This document shows, in pieces, positions 49,851 through 62,874 of a stretch of DNA of 64,000 bases; position 1 is the first letter of the stretch; each line of letters opens with the position of its first letter. A program made the position numbers and the translations under genes. A model generated the notes under the pieces. The model had not been told where the DNA came from. It saw only the letters and a list, made by a program, of their open reading frames with translations, and did no database searches. Origin of the DNA: Octopus vulgaris. Taxonomy: Eukaryota. Location: contig OX597814.1 in the NCBI GenBank assembly GCA_951406725.2, forward strand, positions 190,836,001 to 190,900,000. Direction: 5' to 3'.

Positions 49851-51095
49851 GTAAGTTCTTAATTATTTTAATACATTTCATATATTAGTGTATGTCATCT
49901 GGGAGTGTTACCATACTTGCCACGCTTGGCATAGTGGGTTTGTAAGCCCCTTTAGAGAGCTTTTACCTCATTGCAGGAATATGTTAGGGCTTGTTCTTTA
50001 CTGTTGAAACTCACATGACACATGGACACACACACACACACACGACACATGGACACACACACACACACACACATGAAAATCATCATCATCATCATTATCA
50101 TCATCGTTTAACGTCCGTTTTCCATGCTAGCATGGGTTGGACGGTTCAACTGGGGTCTGGGAAGCTAGAAGGCTGCGCCAGGCCCAGTCTGATTTGGCAG
50201 TGTTTCTACAGCTGGATGCCCTTCCTAACATGAAAATAAATAAGTAAAAAAAAGTTGAAAGGTTAAAAATTATATACATACATGCTCACAGTCCCTCCAC
50301 CACCACCACTGGATGGCCACTGACTTTCCTGAATTCCTCTGCTCTTTTGGATGGGTTTTGTTTTCTGTCCTGCAGGGTGTCTAATAACCACCCTCCTCAC
50401 CCAGCTCATTTGGTGGGGTCACCAGTTTAGTTACCAATGACCCAACCAAGACAAAATACAATATGACAAGATGATCTCAGCTGCTATCTGGGCCTGCATG
50501 ATTGTGACTGATCAGAAATAGGCAGTAGTGGAAGGAATCCAGAAAGGGATCCCGCTTTTAGGAGCAACAAAGCCCAGGTTGAGGTTTAATGCAATGGTTG
50601 GAAATTTCTATAGAAAAACAACTAGTAGGGACCTACGAATCTTCTGGTGTGTTTACGTCCCTGTAACTTAGTAGTTCGGCAAAACAGCCCAGTCGAATAA
50701 GTACTAGGCTTACAAAGAATTAGTCCTGGGGTCCATTTCATAGACTAAAACTCTTTAACTGAAACAAGTAGAATGATATATTTGTGTAGCCAACTTTCCT
50801 TTTGTCAATGTTAAGTTTAAGTAAAGGGAGATAACTCCTTCTGAACCTGAATTATTTCCCTCTTCTCATCTATCGTGTGCTCTTTCGCTTTATAGTCATA
50901 ATTTCCACCTTCTTATGCACATATATATATGATAGATCGTTAGCCACTACACACATTTTTTTTTATCTCCCCATTTCTGTAGAAGAGCGTAGGCTCGAAA
51001 CGTAAAAGACTTTTTCTATTCCTGAGCATTATACTAATACATCTGTTTGTTTTGTACACCACCTGTCTTCGTCTTTTGTTTTTTTCGTGAACTCT

Positions 51096-51131
<36 letters not shown>

Positions 51132-52439
51132 CAATAATAAAATAATTATAATAATAAGGATTATTTATTTATTTTTTTGCCAAATAAATTATTACTGTGC
51201 TCTTATTCTAACTGAGGCCTGGCCAACTCGAATTACATTGTGGGTCACTTTAATCACAGAAAGTTTTTTGAGGGCTGCTTGTATATTGACAGAATTGAAA
51301 GCATTTTGCTTTCTCATGCTATTATTACAATAATGAATGAATGATCATTGATTCAACATGAAATATTATCGTTGCAAAAACAGTAGTATCTTTCTTTTTA
51401 GCTTTCTGTTACAATCTTTAATTTTTGATAAAAATTTTTAAAATGTTTGTTTAAAGAAACCCATTTCAAGAAAGTATGAAGCAGCCCGCAAGATAAAAGT
51501 CTGCGGGTCACATGCAGCCAATGGGTTTTAGGTTGGCCAGCCCTGTTCTAACACATGTCCATTGTCTGTAAATCTTTCATCACACATCTGTGACCTCTTC
51601 AGTGGCACTTTTCGTCTGCGTGTGCTCTTACTGCACTTATTTTATTCTGCCCTTCTATGATGCGTATCCTTATGTGCACGTGCATTTGCATCCGCGTTTA
51701 TGTATGTTTGCATGTATGTGTGTGTCATTGAGCTGGTAGAAACGTTAGTACGCCAGGCGAAATTCTTAGCGGTATTTTGTCTGCCGCCATGTTCTGAGTT
51801 CAAATTCCGTCGAGGTCGACCTTGCTTTTCATCCTTCCGGTGTCGATTAAATAAGTACCAGTTACGCATTGGGGTTGATATAATCGACTTAATCAGTTTG
51901 ACTGTCCTTGTTTGCACCCTCTGTGTGTAGCCCCTTGTAGGCACTAAAGAAATAAGAGTATAAATTTTCCCTCAGCCCCATCCTCTTCCCCTGTTGTTGC
52001 TGCTGATCTCCTAGGACCCCAAAATTTGGTATAGTTTCTGTATCCCTCTGTGTTTGTGTGTTCGCCTATGATGCTGCCATCGTGGTAGTTGTTGTTGTTA
52101 TTATTGCCATCGTTGTCACCACCGCTACTGCTGTCATTGTTAGTACTGTTGCAGCTGTCTGTGAAGTTATTGTGTGTGTTTGTGTGTATATATGGGTTCG
52201 CTTATTATGTTGTTTGTATCCATGCCCTTTATTTTCATCTACTTCTATTTCTTATATTTATCACTGGTATGTGACAAATATATTAATTTATTTATCTATA
52301 TTTCTTATATGTATCACAGGTATGTGCATATATGTCTACTGTGTGTGTATTACCCGTTTGTGTGTGTTTTATTTATATTATTATTTTTTCCTTCTCTCTT
52401 CTCCTCTCATCTGTCTTTAGTCATGTGGTGTGGTGGTGG

Positions 52440-52880
52440 GTGTTACTGTTCCATTTGTGTTTTCTATTGAGGCTCAGCTTGTCTACTGTTATGTGTGTAG
52501 CCTCTGTGATCTGTCTAAGTGTTATATCAGTTCTATATGTCGATAATACTTTAACCTCTATGTTGTTAATCAAGCCTCCAAGTTCTGCTTGAGTATGTTA
52601 GCAGAGCACTAATGAGCCTTTCTCTTCTTTGAGCTCTTGCCAGTGTTCATCTATGCGTTCCCCTATGCTGCATGCAGTCTCTCCAATGTAAGTAGTTGTC
52701 AGGTTTCCACACTGTTCCTCAGTACATCATCAGCTATACACTATATTCCTAATCTTACAGTTAATCCAAAGGTTCATCCTACATAAGACACAATTGTTCC
52801 CCGTAGATGGGAACTTATCAAAGGGATAGGTTCTACAGATCAAGGATTATATAGGGGCATCAGGCCTTTCTTCTACCTTA
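52440..52880 (-). mobile_element. Penelope-like (Neptune-type) GIY-YIG endonuclease remnant
   Basis: NCKIRNIVYS**CTEEQC...TYIGETACSIGERIDEH...LRQITEATHI......LNRKHKWN. Confidence 0.78.
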
Positions 52881-54612
52881 ATCTGTAGAGTAAACTTACT
52901 GGCACTTGTGCTGGTAGCACATAAAAAAACATTCATGCGAGGTTGTTGCCAGTGCTGCTGGACTGGCTCCTGTGCAGGTGGCACGTAAAAAACACTATCT
53001 GAGCATGACCGTTGCCAGTGCCTCTGTCTGGCCCCTCATGCCAGTGGCACGTAAAAGCACCCACTACACTCTGAGTGGTTGGCGTTAGGAAGGGCATCCA
53101 GCTGTAGAAACTCTGCCAGATCAGATTGGAACCTGGTGCAGCCATCTAGTTTGCCAGACCTCAGTCAAATCGTCCAACCCATGCTAGCATGGAAAGCGGA
53201 TGTTAAACGATGATGATGATGACAGCCTACATATATACATATATATAGAACAAAATACTTTGTCCCCTCTCTCTCTATATATATATATATCACAAGATTT
53301 GGGCTCAGAATGCAAAGAACTGAGACAGATCCCATCTGACACTCCAGTTATTTTGCTAGTACCCCGCCCTAGATTGCTACTTCATTCTATTGACCCCAAA
53401 CAGGTTGAAATGGAAAGGTGACCTCAGCATACACAGGTTTTAGTTGGTTATTTTGAATATCTAATATTTACTGTGAAATATCTAATCCAGCCATAAATTA
53501 TTTCCTAATGAACGTGGGAATTATTTATCCATACACGAGATGATTAACCTCTATCTGCCAATGAATTATCTACTAAATACTTATCCACTAACGATATAAA
53601 TTATTCATGAGATATCAGCTATAAAATATTTTAATATTCATCCAACCATGAAATAATTGACATTTATTCAGCTATGAAATATCTAACACATATTTATCTC
53701 CATTCAGAGCTCATTGCTCATCATCCTCATGGGTCGGGCATAATTTGCTGAGGCAGAGTTTCTTATGGCTGGACGCCCTTCCTGTCACCAAACCTCACCT
53801 GTTTCCAAGAAACATAATATATCTAGGAAGAACAGAAACAAGGGACACCACTTGTATGATGGTGACACTTATTTACACCTACTGCATGATATCAAGGCAA
53901 GGGGACAGTAACACACACACACAACAGGCTTCCACACAAGTTTCCATCTACCAGATTCATTCACAAGGCTTTGGTCGGCCAGAAGCTGTAGCAGAAGAGA
54001 CTTGCCCAAGGTACAATGCAGTAGTACTGAATCTAAAACCATCTGGTTAGGAGGTAAACTTCTTATTTCTTTATTTCCCACAAGAGGCTAAACACAGAGG
54101 GAACAAACAAGGTCAGATAACAGGATTAAGTTGATTACATCGACTCCAGTGCATAACTGGTACTTAATTTATCGACCCCGAAAGGATGAAAGGCAAAGTC
54201 GACCTCAGCGGAATTTGAACTCAGAACGTAATGGCAGACGAAATACCGCTAAGCATTTCACCCAGATTGCTAACTCTTCTGCTAGCTAGCCGCCTTACTT
54301 CTTATTTCTTTATTGCCCACAAGGGACTAAACATCGAGGGGACAAACAAGGACAGACAAAGTGATTAAGTCAATGATATCGACCCCAGTGCATAACTAGT
54401 AAAATTCATCGACCCTGAAAGGATGAAAGGCAAAGCCAACCTCAGCAGAATTTGAACTCGGAACGTAGTGGCAGACGAAATACCGCTAAGCATTTTGCCT
54501 TACTTCTTAACTTCTTAACCACACAGCCATGCCTGCCCCTATCTGACACAAAAATCTCATGCTTATGTCTTTTCATGTTTATATTTTTATCCTTTTCCTA
54601 ATTTTCTTTTAG

Positions 54613-54697
54613 GATTAATTACTTATATTGGCGCTACCATATCTATTGGATTATGCATCATCACTCTTTGTGTCTTGATTTGGTACATCAGGAAACA
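54613..54697 (+). CDS. Coding exon 2, transmembrane helix: (R)LITYIGATISIGLCIITLCVLIWYIRK(Q)
   Basis: Long polypyrimidine tract ...attttcttttAG|, donor ACA|GTGAGT, 85 nt, phase 1 in and phase 2 out; about 24 hydrophobic residues followed by basic RKQK. Confidence 0.85.
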
Positions 54698-54841
54698 GTG
54701 AGTATCCATTTTTCATTCTTTATTAGGAAGTTATTCCTCAGAGAATAAAGAACTTGATAAACCTAGCATTCCAATCAGACCAAATTCCCAGATAAATTCT
54801 ACAGAATATGTTTGCATTGTTTTCATCATCATCATTATTAT

Positions 54842-55468
54842 CAGCATGTAAAAAGCACCATCCAAACGTGATAGATGCCAGTGTTCCCCCACTGGCTCCC
54901 GTGCTGGTGGCATCATCCAAATATGGTCGCTGCCGGTGGCACGTAAAAAGCACCATCCAAACATGGTCGATGCCAGTGCCCCCTGACTGGTTCCTGTGCT
55001 GGTAGCACGTGAAAAGCACCATCCGAACATAGTTGATGCCATGCCCCCTGACTGGTTCCTGTGCTGGTAGCACGTGAAAAGCACCATCCGCACATAGTCG
55101 ATGCCAGTGCCCCCTGACTGGTTCCTGTGCTGGTAGCACGTGAAAAGCACCATCCAAACATGGTCGATGCCAGTGCCCCCTGACTGGTTCCTGTGCTGGT
55201 AGCACGTGAAAAGCACCATCCGAACATGGTCGATGCCAGTGCACCCTGACTGATTCCTGTGCTGGTAGCACGTGAAAAGCACCATCCGAACATGGTCGAT
55301 GCCAGTGCCATGTAAAATGCACCCACTACATCTCGGAGTGGTTGGCATTAGGAAGGGCATCCGTGCCAGGTCAGATTGGAGCTTGGTGCAGCCTGCTGGC
55401 TTGCCAGTCCTCAGTCAAACCATCCAACCTTTACCAGCATGGAAAACGGACGTTGAAATAATGATGAA
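54842..55468 (+). mobile_element. SINE family C: (GAT)n-tailed, RTE-like, with an internal 66-bp VNTR of about 6 units. Other copies at 9282-9590(-), 23000-23435(-), 31385-31890, 37935-38180, 40615-40952, 42292-42610(-), 52897-53222
   Basis: Shared ggttggcgttaggaagggcatccagctgtagaaac...acccatgctagcatggaaa..gacgttaaacgatgatg; repeat anchors at 54951, 55017, 55082, 55148, 55214, 55280. Confidence 0.85.
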
Positions 55469-56307
55469 TAAGTGAGAGACATAGCAATTATTAACTGAAC
55501 ACAGCTAACACAAACACTTTCTCCTCATTACAAAAATTTTTTTTTTCGCCCTTTTCAAACTCATGGGCCCAGTTTCTTGGTTTCTGTGTCGTATGTGTTC
55601 CCCCCAGCTGGACGGGACACCAGTCCATCGCAGCATTACTCAAGAAACAGGAAGAGAGAATGAGAGCAAGTTGTGGCAAAAGAGTACAACAGGGATCACC
55701 ACCCCCTGCCGGAGCCTCGTGGAGCTTTTAGGTGTTTTCGCTCAATAAACACACACAACGCCTGGTCTGGGAATCGAAACCGCAAGTCCGCTGCCCTAAC
55801 CACTGGGCCATTGCACCTCCACTAAGAAAAATATGCTCGCATACATAAGCTGAGAGAAAGAGACAGATGGAAAGTGAAGGAACTCACTGCATTGCACAGA
55901 CCACAGCTTGCTCATCTCTAAAGGTCCAAGCAATCCTTTTGCTTTCTTGATAAAAGGACTGCTATCAAGGTGGCAAGTTGGCAGAAACGTCAGCATGCCA
56001 GGCGAAATGCTTAGCAGTATTTCATGTCTTTATGTTCTGAGTTCAAATTCCGCCGAGGTCAACTTTGCCTTTCATCCTTTTGGGGTGGATAAATTAAGTA
56101 CTAGTTGCGTACTGGGATCAATCTAATTGACTGCCCCATCCCACCAAAATTTTAGGTCAACGGTTTATACTTTTAACTTGTATTTCAAGGTTAGCATTAG
56201 GAAGGGCATCCGTTCTTCAGAAAATCTTCTGAGAAATGGTCTTGTAAAAAAATACAAACCATCAATCTGTATTATTTCTAAACACACACATATATATATA
56301 CATACAT

Positions 56308-56340
<33 letters not shown>

Positions 56341-56853
56341 CACACACGTTATATTTGGTGTTAGGAAGGGCATCCAGCTGTAGAAACATTGCCAGATAAG
56401 ACTGGAGCCTGGTGCAGCCTTCTGGCTTCCCAGATCACCGGTCAAACCGTCCAACCCATGCTAGCATGGAGAACGGATGTTAAACGATGATGATGACACA
56501 CAAGGTTTAAAAAAAAGACCTGGCTGTGTGATAAGAAGATAACTTCCTAATCACATGGTTCTGGGTTCTGTCCCACTATGTTGCATCTTGGGCAATTGTC
56601 ATCTACAAAAATCCTCAGGTTCACCAAAACCTTGTGAATGGATTTGATAGATGGAAACTGAAAGAAGCCTATCATATATATGTGTGTGTGTGTCTGAGTT
56701 TGTCCCCCACCACCATTTCACAACTGGGCTTGGTGTTTACATGACCATAACTTAGCAGTTCAGTAGAAGGCAACAATAAAATAAGTACCAGGTTTTGTAC
56801 AAAAGATAAATACTGGGGTTGATTTGTTGGACTAGAAAAAATAAAAATTCAAA

Positions 56854-57233
56854 TAGGTGCAGGAGTGGCTGTGTGGTAAGTAGCTTGTTTACGAACCACA
56901 TGGTTCCGAGTTCAGTCCCACTGCGTGGCATCTTGGGCAAGTGTCTTCTGCTATAGCCCCGGGCCGACCAATGCCTTGTGAGTGGATTTGGTAGACGGAA
57001 ACTGAAAAAAGCCTGTCGTATATATGTGTGTTTGTGTGTCTGTGTTTGTCCCCCTAGCATGACTTGACAACCGATGCTGGTGTGTTTACGTCCCCGTCAC
57101 TTAGCGGTTCGGCAAAAGAGACCGATAGAATAAGTACTGGGCTTACAAAGAATAAGTCCCGGGGTCGATTTGCATGACTAAAAGCGGTGCTCCAGCATGG
57201 CCGCAGTCAAATGACTGAAACAAGTAATAGAGT
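56854..57233 (+). mobile_element. SINE family A: tRNA-derived head, CORE-like ccttgggcaagt, internal (TA)n/(TG)n, tail ...tgactgaaacaagtaaaa. Representative copy; others at e.g. 669-1492(-), 7480-7845, 17780-18220, 29062-29455, 35240-35631(-), 43430-43890(-), 57970-58360(-)
   Basis: A-box tggctgtgtggt and B-box-like gttcagtcc; many near-identical copies on both strands. Confidence 0.9.
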
Positions 57234-57359
57234 AGTGCCCTAATATGGCTACAGTTTAATGACTGAAGCAAGTAAAAGATAGATAACATGCATCTTCATT
57301 CATCATCTGTTCATCAAATTTCCTTAATTAAGAAATAATTATTTTATTTTCTCTCACAG

Positions 57360-57675
57360 AAAAACTTTAACTTTTGAGCAAGTTCCAGTAGAAGATGGCA
57401 ATACAAACGATGCTAAAAGTAACACGAAAAACGTATACGACGACTTCCAATATCTCCGATGTAAAATCACTGAGAACAACACGCAACAGAGTGACAACAG
57501 AATGCAACAGACCAGTGTTGTCTATGAAACACCGACAATACAAAGGGAACACGTGACACCAAGAGGAAACATTGCAGATGAAGATGCAAATATTTATGGC
57601 AATACTCTGCAACACCAGAGGCTTGAAAGGCAGCCCACGAATGAAATATATATGAACATGGATACCAATAGATAG
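57360..57675 (+). CDS. Terminal coding exon, cytoplasmic tail with tyrosine motifs: KTLTFEQVPVEDGNTNDAKSNTKNVYDDFQYLRCKITENNTQQSDNRMQQTSVVYETPTIQREHVTPRGNIADEDANIYGNTLQHQRLERQPTNEIYMNMDTNR*
   Basis: Acceptor attttattttctctcacAG| (57358-57359); phase 2 matches the TM exon; 104 open codons to TAG 57673-57675 in unique sequence; candidate AATAAA at 58445-58450. Confidence 0.85.
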
Positions 57676-57907
57676 AAGAGGTAGAGTAATTAGAAGAGGA
57701 CTTGTACATATCTTAATCAAAAATGTCTACTGAATTTTCCCCTTGTCTGTATTCCATTTGTTTTAGCTAATACAGCTAAGGCCCACCAGGACATGTCAGG
57801 TCAGAGCAGCAATGTTATATATATATATATACATATATATTTATTCAAACTGAGATTTTTAGCCTACATTTCAGTAATGGCCTAAAATATCAATTTTAAA
57901 ATATATG

Positions 57908-58161
57908 CAGGATGGGCCAAAAGTCACGCACCAAAACATTTGACATTTTATTTATAACATGTTGTTTTATGCTTTTATTTGTTTCAGTCATTTGACTGCG
58001 ACCATGCTGGAGCACTGCTTTTAGTCGAACAAATCGACCCCAGGACTTATTCTTTGTAAGCTTAGTACTTTTTCTATTGGTCACTTCTGCTGAACTGCTA
58101 AGTTACGGGGACGTAAACACATCAGCATCGGTTGTCAAGCGATGGTGGGAGACAAACATAT

Positions 58162-58196
<35 letters not shown>

Positions 58197-58435
58197 CATG
58201 GGCTTCTTTCAGTTTCCATCTACCAAATCCACTCACAAGGCTTTGGTTGGCCCACGGCTATAGTAGAAGACACCTGCCCAAGGTACCACACAGTGGGACT
58301 GAACCTGGAACCATGTGGTTGGGAAGCAAACTACTTACCACACAGCCACTCCTGTGCCTACTAAAAATTGAAGCTACCCCTTAACAATTCCATAGCTAAG
58401 TTTTAATCTTGGTGCCTGAATTTTGGTCCACCCTG
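57908..58435. mobile_element. Tc1/mariner MITE with a nested SINE, in the presumptive 3' UTR
   Basis: CAGGATGGGCCAAAAGTCACGCACCA ... TGGTGCCTGAATTTTGGTCCACCCTG-TA; SINE at about 57970-58360. Confidence 0.6.
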
Positions 58436-59145
58436 TATATTTACAATAAATGTATTTATAAACTGTTACATGTGAGTGTGCATGCATGTGTGTGGTTAAG
58501 GTCATGTTGCAACCACTTGATTTTGAGTTCAATCCCACTGCATGGCAGCTTAATCAAGTGTCTTTTACTTACAACCCTGGGATGACCAATGCCTTGTTAA
58601 TGAATTTAGCAAATGGAAACAGTGTGGTAGCCTGATATTGTGTGTGTGTGAATGCATGTACATGTTTATCTTATTACTTGACGGTGGTTAGCATTAGGAA
58701 GGGCATCCAGCCGTAGAAACATTGCCAGATCAGACTGGGCCTGGTGCAGCCTTCTGGCTTCCCAGACCCCAGTTCAACCGTCCAACCCATGCCAGCATGG
58801 AAAGCGGACGCTAAATGATGATGTTGGTTTGTTTATGTCCCTGTAACTTGGCAGTTTTTTTTTTTTTTAAATCAATGAAAAAGCAAAAATGCTGGGGCCA
58901 CTTTGATAGACCGAAATCTTTGAGACAATGCTCCAGCATGGCCACAATCCAATGACTGAAACAAGTAAAAAAAATATATATATACACAGACACATTTGTG
59001 TAGCACACTGTTGTTGAATCATTAAGTCCTTTTTTACTTAATTTATTGTGAACACCATTGAATTTTCAACTGTTATTGAAGAAAATTTTCTAAAGTATAT
59101 TTTATTCAGTAAATGATGTTATGGACTTGGCAGGTCAATTTAGAC

Positions 59146-60158
59146 CAGGGGTCAGTGAGCAATTACAGCGGGGTCGATGAAAGCCAAGGGGCCGAATAGG
59201 GGTCAGTATGCGAAAGCGGTGAGCTTGCAGAAGCGTTAGCACGCCGGACGAAATGCGTAGCCGTATTTCGTCTGTCGTTACGTTGTGAGTTCAAATTCCA
59301 CCGAGGTCGACTTTGCCTTTCATCCTTTCGGGGTCGATAAATTAAGTACCAGTTATGCACTGGGGTCGATGTAATCGACTTAATACCTATGTCTGTCCTT
59401 GTTTGCCCCCTCTATGTTTAGCCCCTTGTGGGTAATAAAGAAATAGGTATGCGAAAGACCAGCTCACACAGATGAACTGTTTGAAATACTTAGTGCCATA
59501 AAACGTGGGAAAACAAATTTTCACAGCAGTGAGAAGTCTGCTGTTGCTAACGTTTGAGGCCTGGTGTCATAATCTGTATCATAATTGAAGATTGAGAGGT
59601 GAGATTGAACGGATATGGACTGTCAAGTGTTTGCTTATAGAAATTGCCTGAACCTGGAGGAATGAGGTGATTTGAAACTGAAACTGACCGACATTCAGCC
59701 TGATATCAATGCCTCAATTCAGGATCACTTTGCTCATACCTCGCTTTGATGTTGTCAATTTCAATAAAAGATATTCCAACAATATGATGTGTTTTTCACA
59801 TTTTCTAACTGTGAGAACAATTTCATAAAAATTGAAAGTTTATACTCAAACACGTCTTAAATATAAAAAGTATGTCATCTTCAATAGAATTTCTGAATTT
59901 GTCACTCATGTATACTTTAGGTAACATTTTGAATTGCCAGCATCAGTAACTGGGTATGCATTTAAGATATGGTATGGTAGGGTATTAAGATATTTTAAAT
60001 GAGGAGGGTGGTCAATGTAGAAGAAGTGGATAAAGGGGCTCAATGTGGAAGGAGAGGTGGCTAAAGGGGATCAATGCGGAAGAAGTAGTGGCTAAAGGGG
60101 GTTCATGTAGAAGAAGTGGCTAATGGGGTCAATGGTCAAAAAAGTTTGGTAACCACTG
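59146..60158 (+). mobile_element. Non-autonomous hAT (Buster/Charlie-like) element with 8-bp TSD and a nested SINE
   Basis: CAGGGGT...ACCACTG termini; TSD ATTTAGAC/ATTTAGAT (59138-59145, 60159-60166); remnant GDLKLKLTDIQPDI.......AH.S*; about 35-bp subterminal repeats 60005-60135; nested SINE 59216-59445 with TSD GTATGCGAAAG. Confidence 0.8.
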
Positions 60159-62874
60159 ATTTAGATGATGCTAGAAATCAATATATCTGTTGGAAAGGTC
60201 AAAAGGATGGCGGGGGGGGGAGAAGGGTAGTGGCAGCTAGAAGTTTGTGTGAGGTGTTTAGGGTTGGGTTTGGGGAGTTGAAAAGCAGGAGAGGAATTGC
60301 AGGTGAAATGAGTAGCACATAAGCTTACCGGTTCAAAAGAGTTGGAATCATTATTTAACGTCCATTTTCCATGCAGGCCATGGGTTGGACAGTTTGAGTG
60401 TAGCTAACCAGCCAAAGAGCTGCCTGGGCTTCAGTTGTCTGTTTAGGCATGGTTTCTACAGCTGGATTCCCTTCTTAACACCAACCACTTTAGAAAGTGC
60501 ACTGGGTGCTTCTTACAAGGCACTGGCACTGGGGCATTTTTACATGGCACCAGCAGAAATAGAGGGAGGATGCTGGAGTTAGTGTGAAGGCATGTGGACT
60601 AGTGGTCAAGGAGTTCCACTTGCAATCAGAAGATCAGTCTTTGTTCTCAGATCAGGCCAAGCCTTGAGTTCTTTAGCAAAACATTTCATTCTACATTGCT
60701 CAATCCACTCAGCCATAGATGAGTTTTTGAAATAACTGGGAAGTTAACCAAATGATGGACTAGTGCCTCGTTCAATGGAGAAGTGTTGTAATCTCAGTCA
60801 CTTGTACACCATGGAAATCCGGTTAATCTTTGGCCTTATGAGGCCCACGGCTTCATGACAGACCCAAGTCCTAACTGGTGCTAGCAGTTGTCATATTAGT
60901 CGGTAGAGATTTGTCAGAAATAGACGGGTACAGTCTACAATGTTTGAGTCTGCAATATCTGACGGAATTGTTAGCACGCTGAGCAAAATGCTTAGTGGCA
61001 TTTCGTCAGCCGTTACATTCTGAGTTCAAATTCCGCTGAGGTCGGCTTTGCCTTTCATCCTTTCGTGGTCGATTAAATAAGTAGCAGTTACACACTGGGG
61101 TTGATATAATTGACTTAATCCGTTTGTCTGTCCTTGTTTGTCCCCTCTCTGTGTAGCCCCTTGTTGGCAGTAAAGAAATAGGTATTTTGTCTGCCATTAA
61201 GTTTTGAGTTCAAATTCCGCTGAGGTTGATTTTGCCTTTTGTCCTTTCAGGGTCAATTAAGTAAGTACGAGTTACGCACCAGGGCCAATGCAATCGACTT
61301 ATTCCCTTTGTCTGTCCTTGTTTGTCCCCTCTTGGGCAATAAAGAAATATCTGGTCCATTTTAGGATCTGCTCTCATACTTTGGAGAGAGAAACATTGGA
61401 ATAGGGTTGGAGTTCAGATGAATTTAGACCAGTGGTTCTTAAGCGAGCTATAAGAATTCCTTGGGGCTGGGCATGCACTGCAGATGTCAAGATATTATGT
61501 ACACTAGTGAAGGCACGTGGCTTAGTGTTTAGGATATTTGGTTTATGATCGTAAAATTGTGAGTTTGATTTCCAGTGGCACGTCATGTCCTTGAATAAAA
61601 CACTACTTCATGTTACAAATGAGTAGCGCCTGTATTTCAAAGGGTCAACTTTGTCACATTGAGATTGTGAATCTCTCTCTGAGAACTACGTTTCGACCAG
61701 AGCTAAGAAGCCAGAGAGCTGCACAATGCTCCAGTTTGATCTGGCTTGGGTTCTACAGCTGGATGCCCTTCCTAATGCCAACCACTTTATAGTGTGCTTT
61801 TAACATGGGACCAGCACTATACACACACACACGTTTGTAACTGTCACCTCCCCACCACCACAACCACTTGACAACTGGTGTTGGTGTGTTAACATCCCCA
61901 TAACTTAGCAGTTTGACAAAAGAAACCAACAGAATAAGTACCAAACTTAAAATACGTACTGGGGCCAATTGATTCGATTAAAAATTCATCAAGGTTGTGC
62001 TCCAGCTTGGCCACAGTCTGATGACTGAAACAAGTAGAAGATATATGTATATATATATATAGTTAATCCAAACATGAAAGCACAAAGAGAAAACACAACA
62101 ATGTGAGGACATAGAACAAGTATAGTGTTATTGGACGCTCAGGAAAGAAGGAGGATTTAATGTTTCGAGCAGAGCTCTTCGGCAGAAACATAGGAAAAGG
62201 AAAGATCCAAGGAAGGGAAGACAGAGGAAAAATATTGCCAACGGTGCACACGTGGTCACACACACACATTTTTTTTTTTTTCTAGTTTCAGCTCAGAGCT
62301 GCGGCCATGCTGATGCACCGCCGTTGTAGTGAAGGAGTACAGCAGGGATCACCACCCCCTGCCGGAGCATCGTGGAGCTTTTAGGTGTTTTCGCTCAATA
62401 AACACTCACAACGCCCGGTCTGGGAATCGAAACCGCGATCCTACGACCGCGAGTCTGCTGCCCTAACCACTGGGCCATTTAATATATATATTAAATATAA
62501 TAAAGGGTTAATTACAAGTTGCTCAAAACCACATACCGAAAATATTAGAAATAGCAGCCAAATAGATCACTATTTCTACTACTATTAAAAAAGTCTCCAC
62601 AAACAAACAGAATTTGTAACCCGTCTATGGCAAAGAGAAAGAAAACAACGAAATCCCAGCCAATTGGATTAGTAGAAATAGTAATCTATTTGGCTGCTAT
62701 TTCTAATATTTTTGGTATGCGGTTTTGAGCAACTTGTTGCAATTAACCCTTTATTATAATTAATATAATTCTTACCAAATATGGTCATTTCCATACCGAA
62801 AAAACTACTAGGTGAAATTTATTAATTTTATCAAATTAATTATATTTCACCCTTTTTGTATATATATAAATATA

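Noticed and set aside
52058-52420. Hydrophobic 120-aa ORF resembling a membrane protein
   Set aside because: Low-complexity GTT/GT repeats in the 3' region of a Penelope-like remnant; no splice sites.
54731-55360. Overlapping 137-209 aa minus-strand ORFs and a CRISPR-like periodicity
   Set aside because: Pure 66-bp tandem units inside a SINE, with no unique spacers, no cas genes and a eukaryotic context. The ORFs are by-products of the repeat.
57367-57720. 117-aa hydrophobic minus-strand ORF
   Set aside because: Antisense shadow of the + strand terminal exon, which has the splice-site and phase support.
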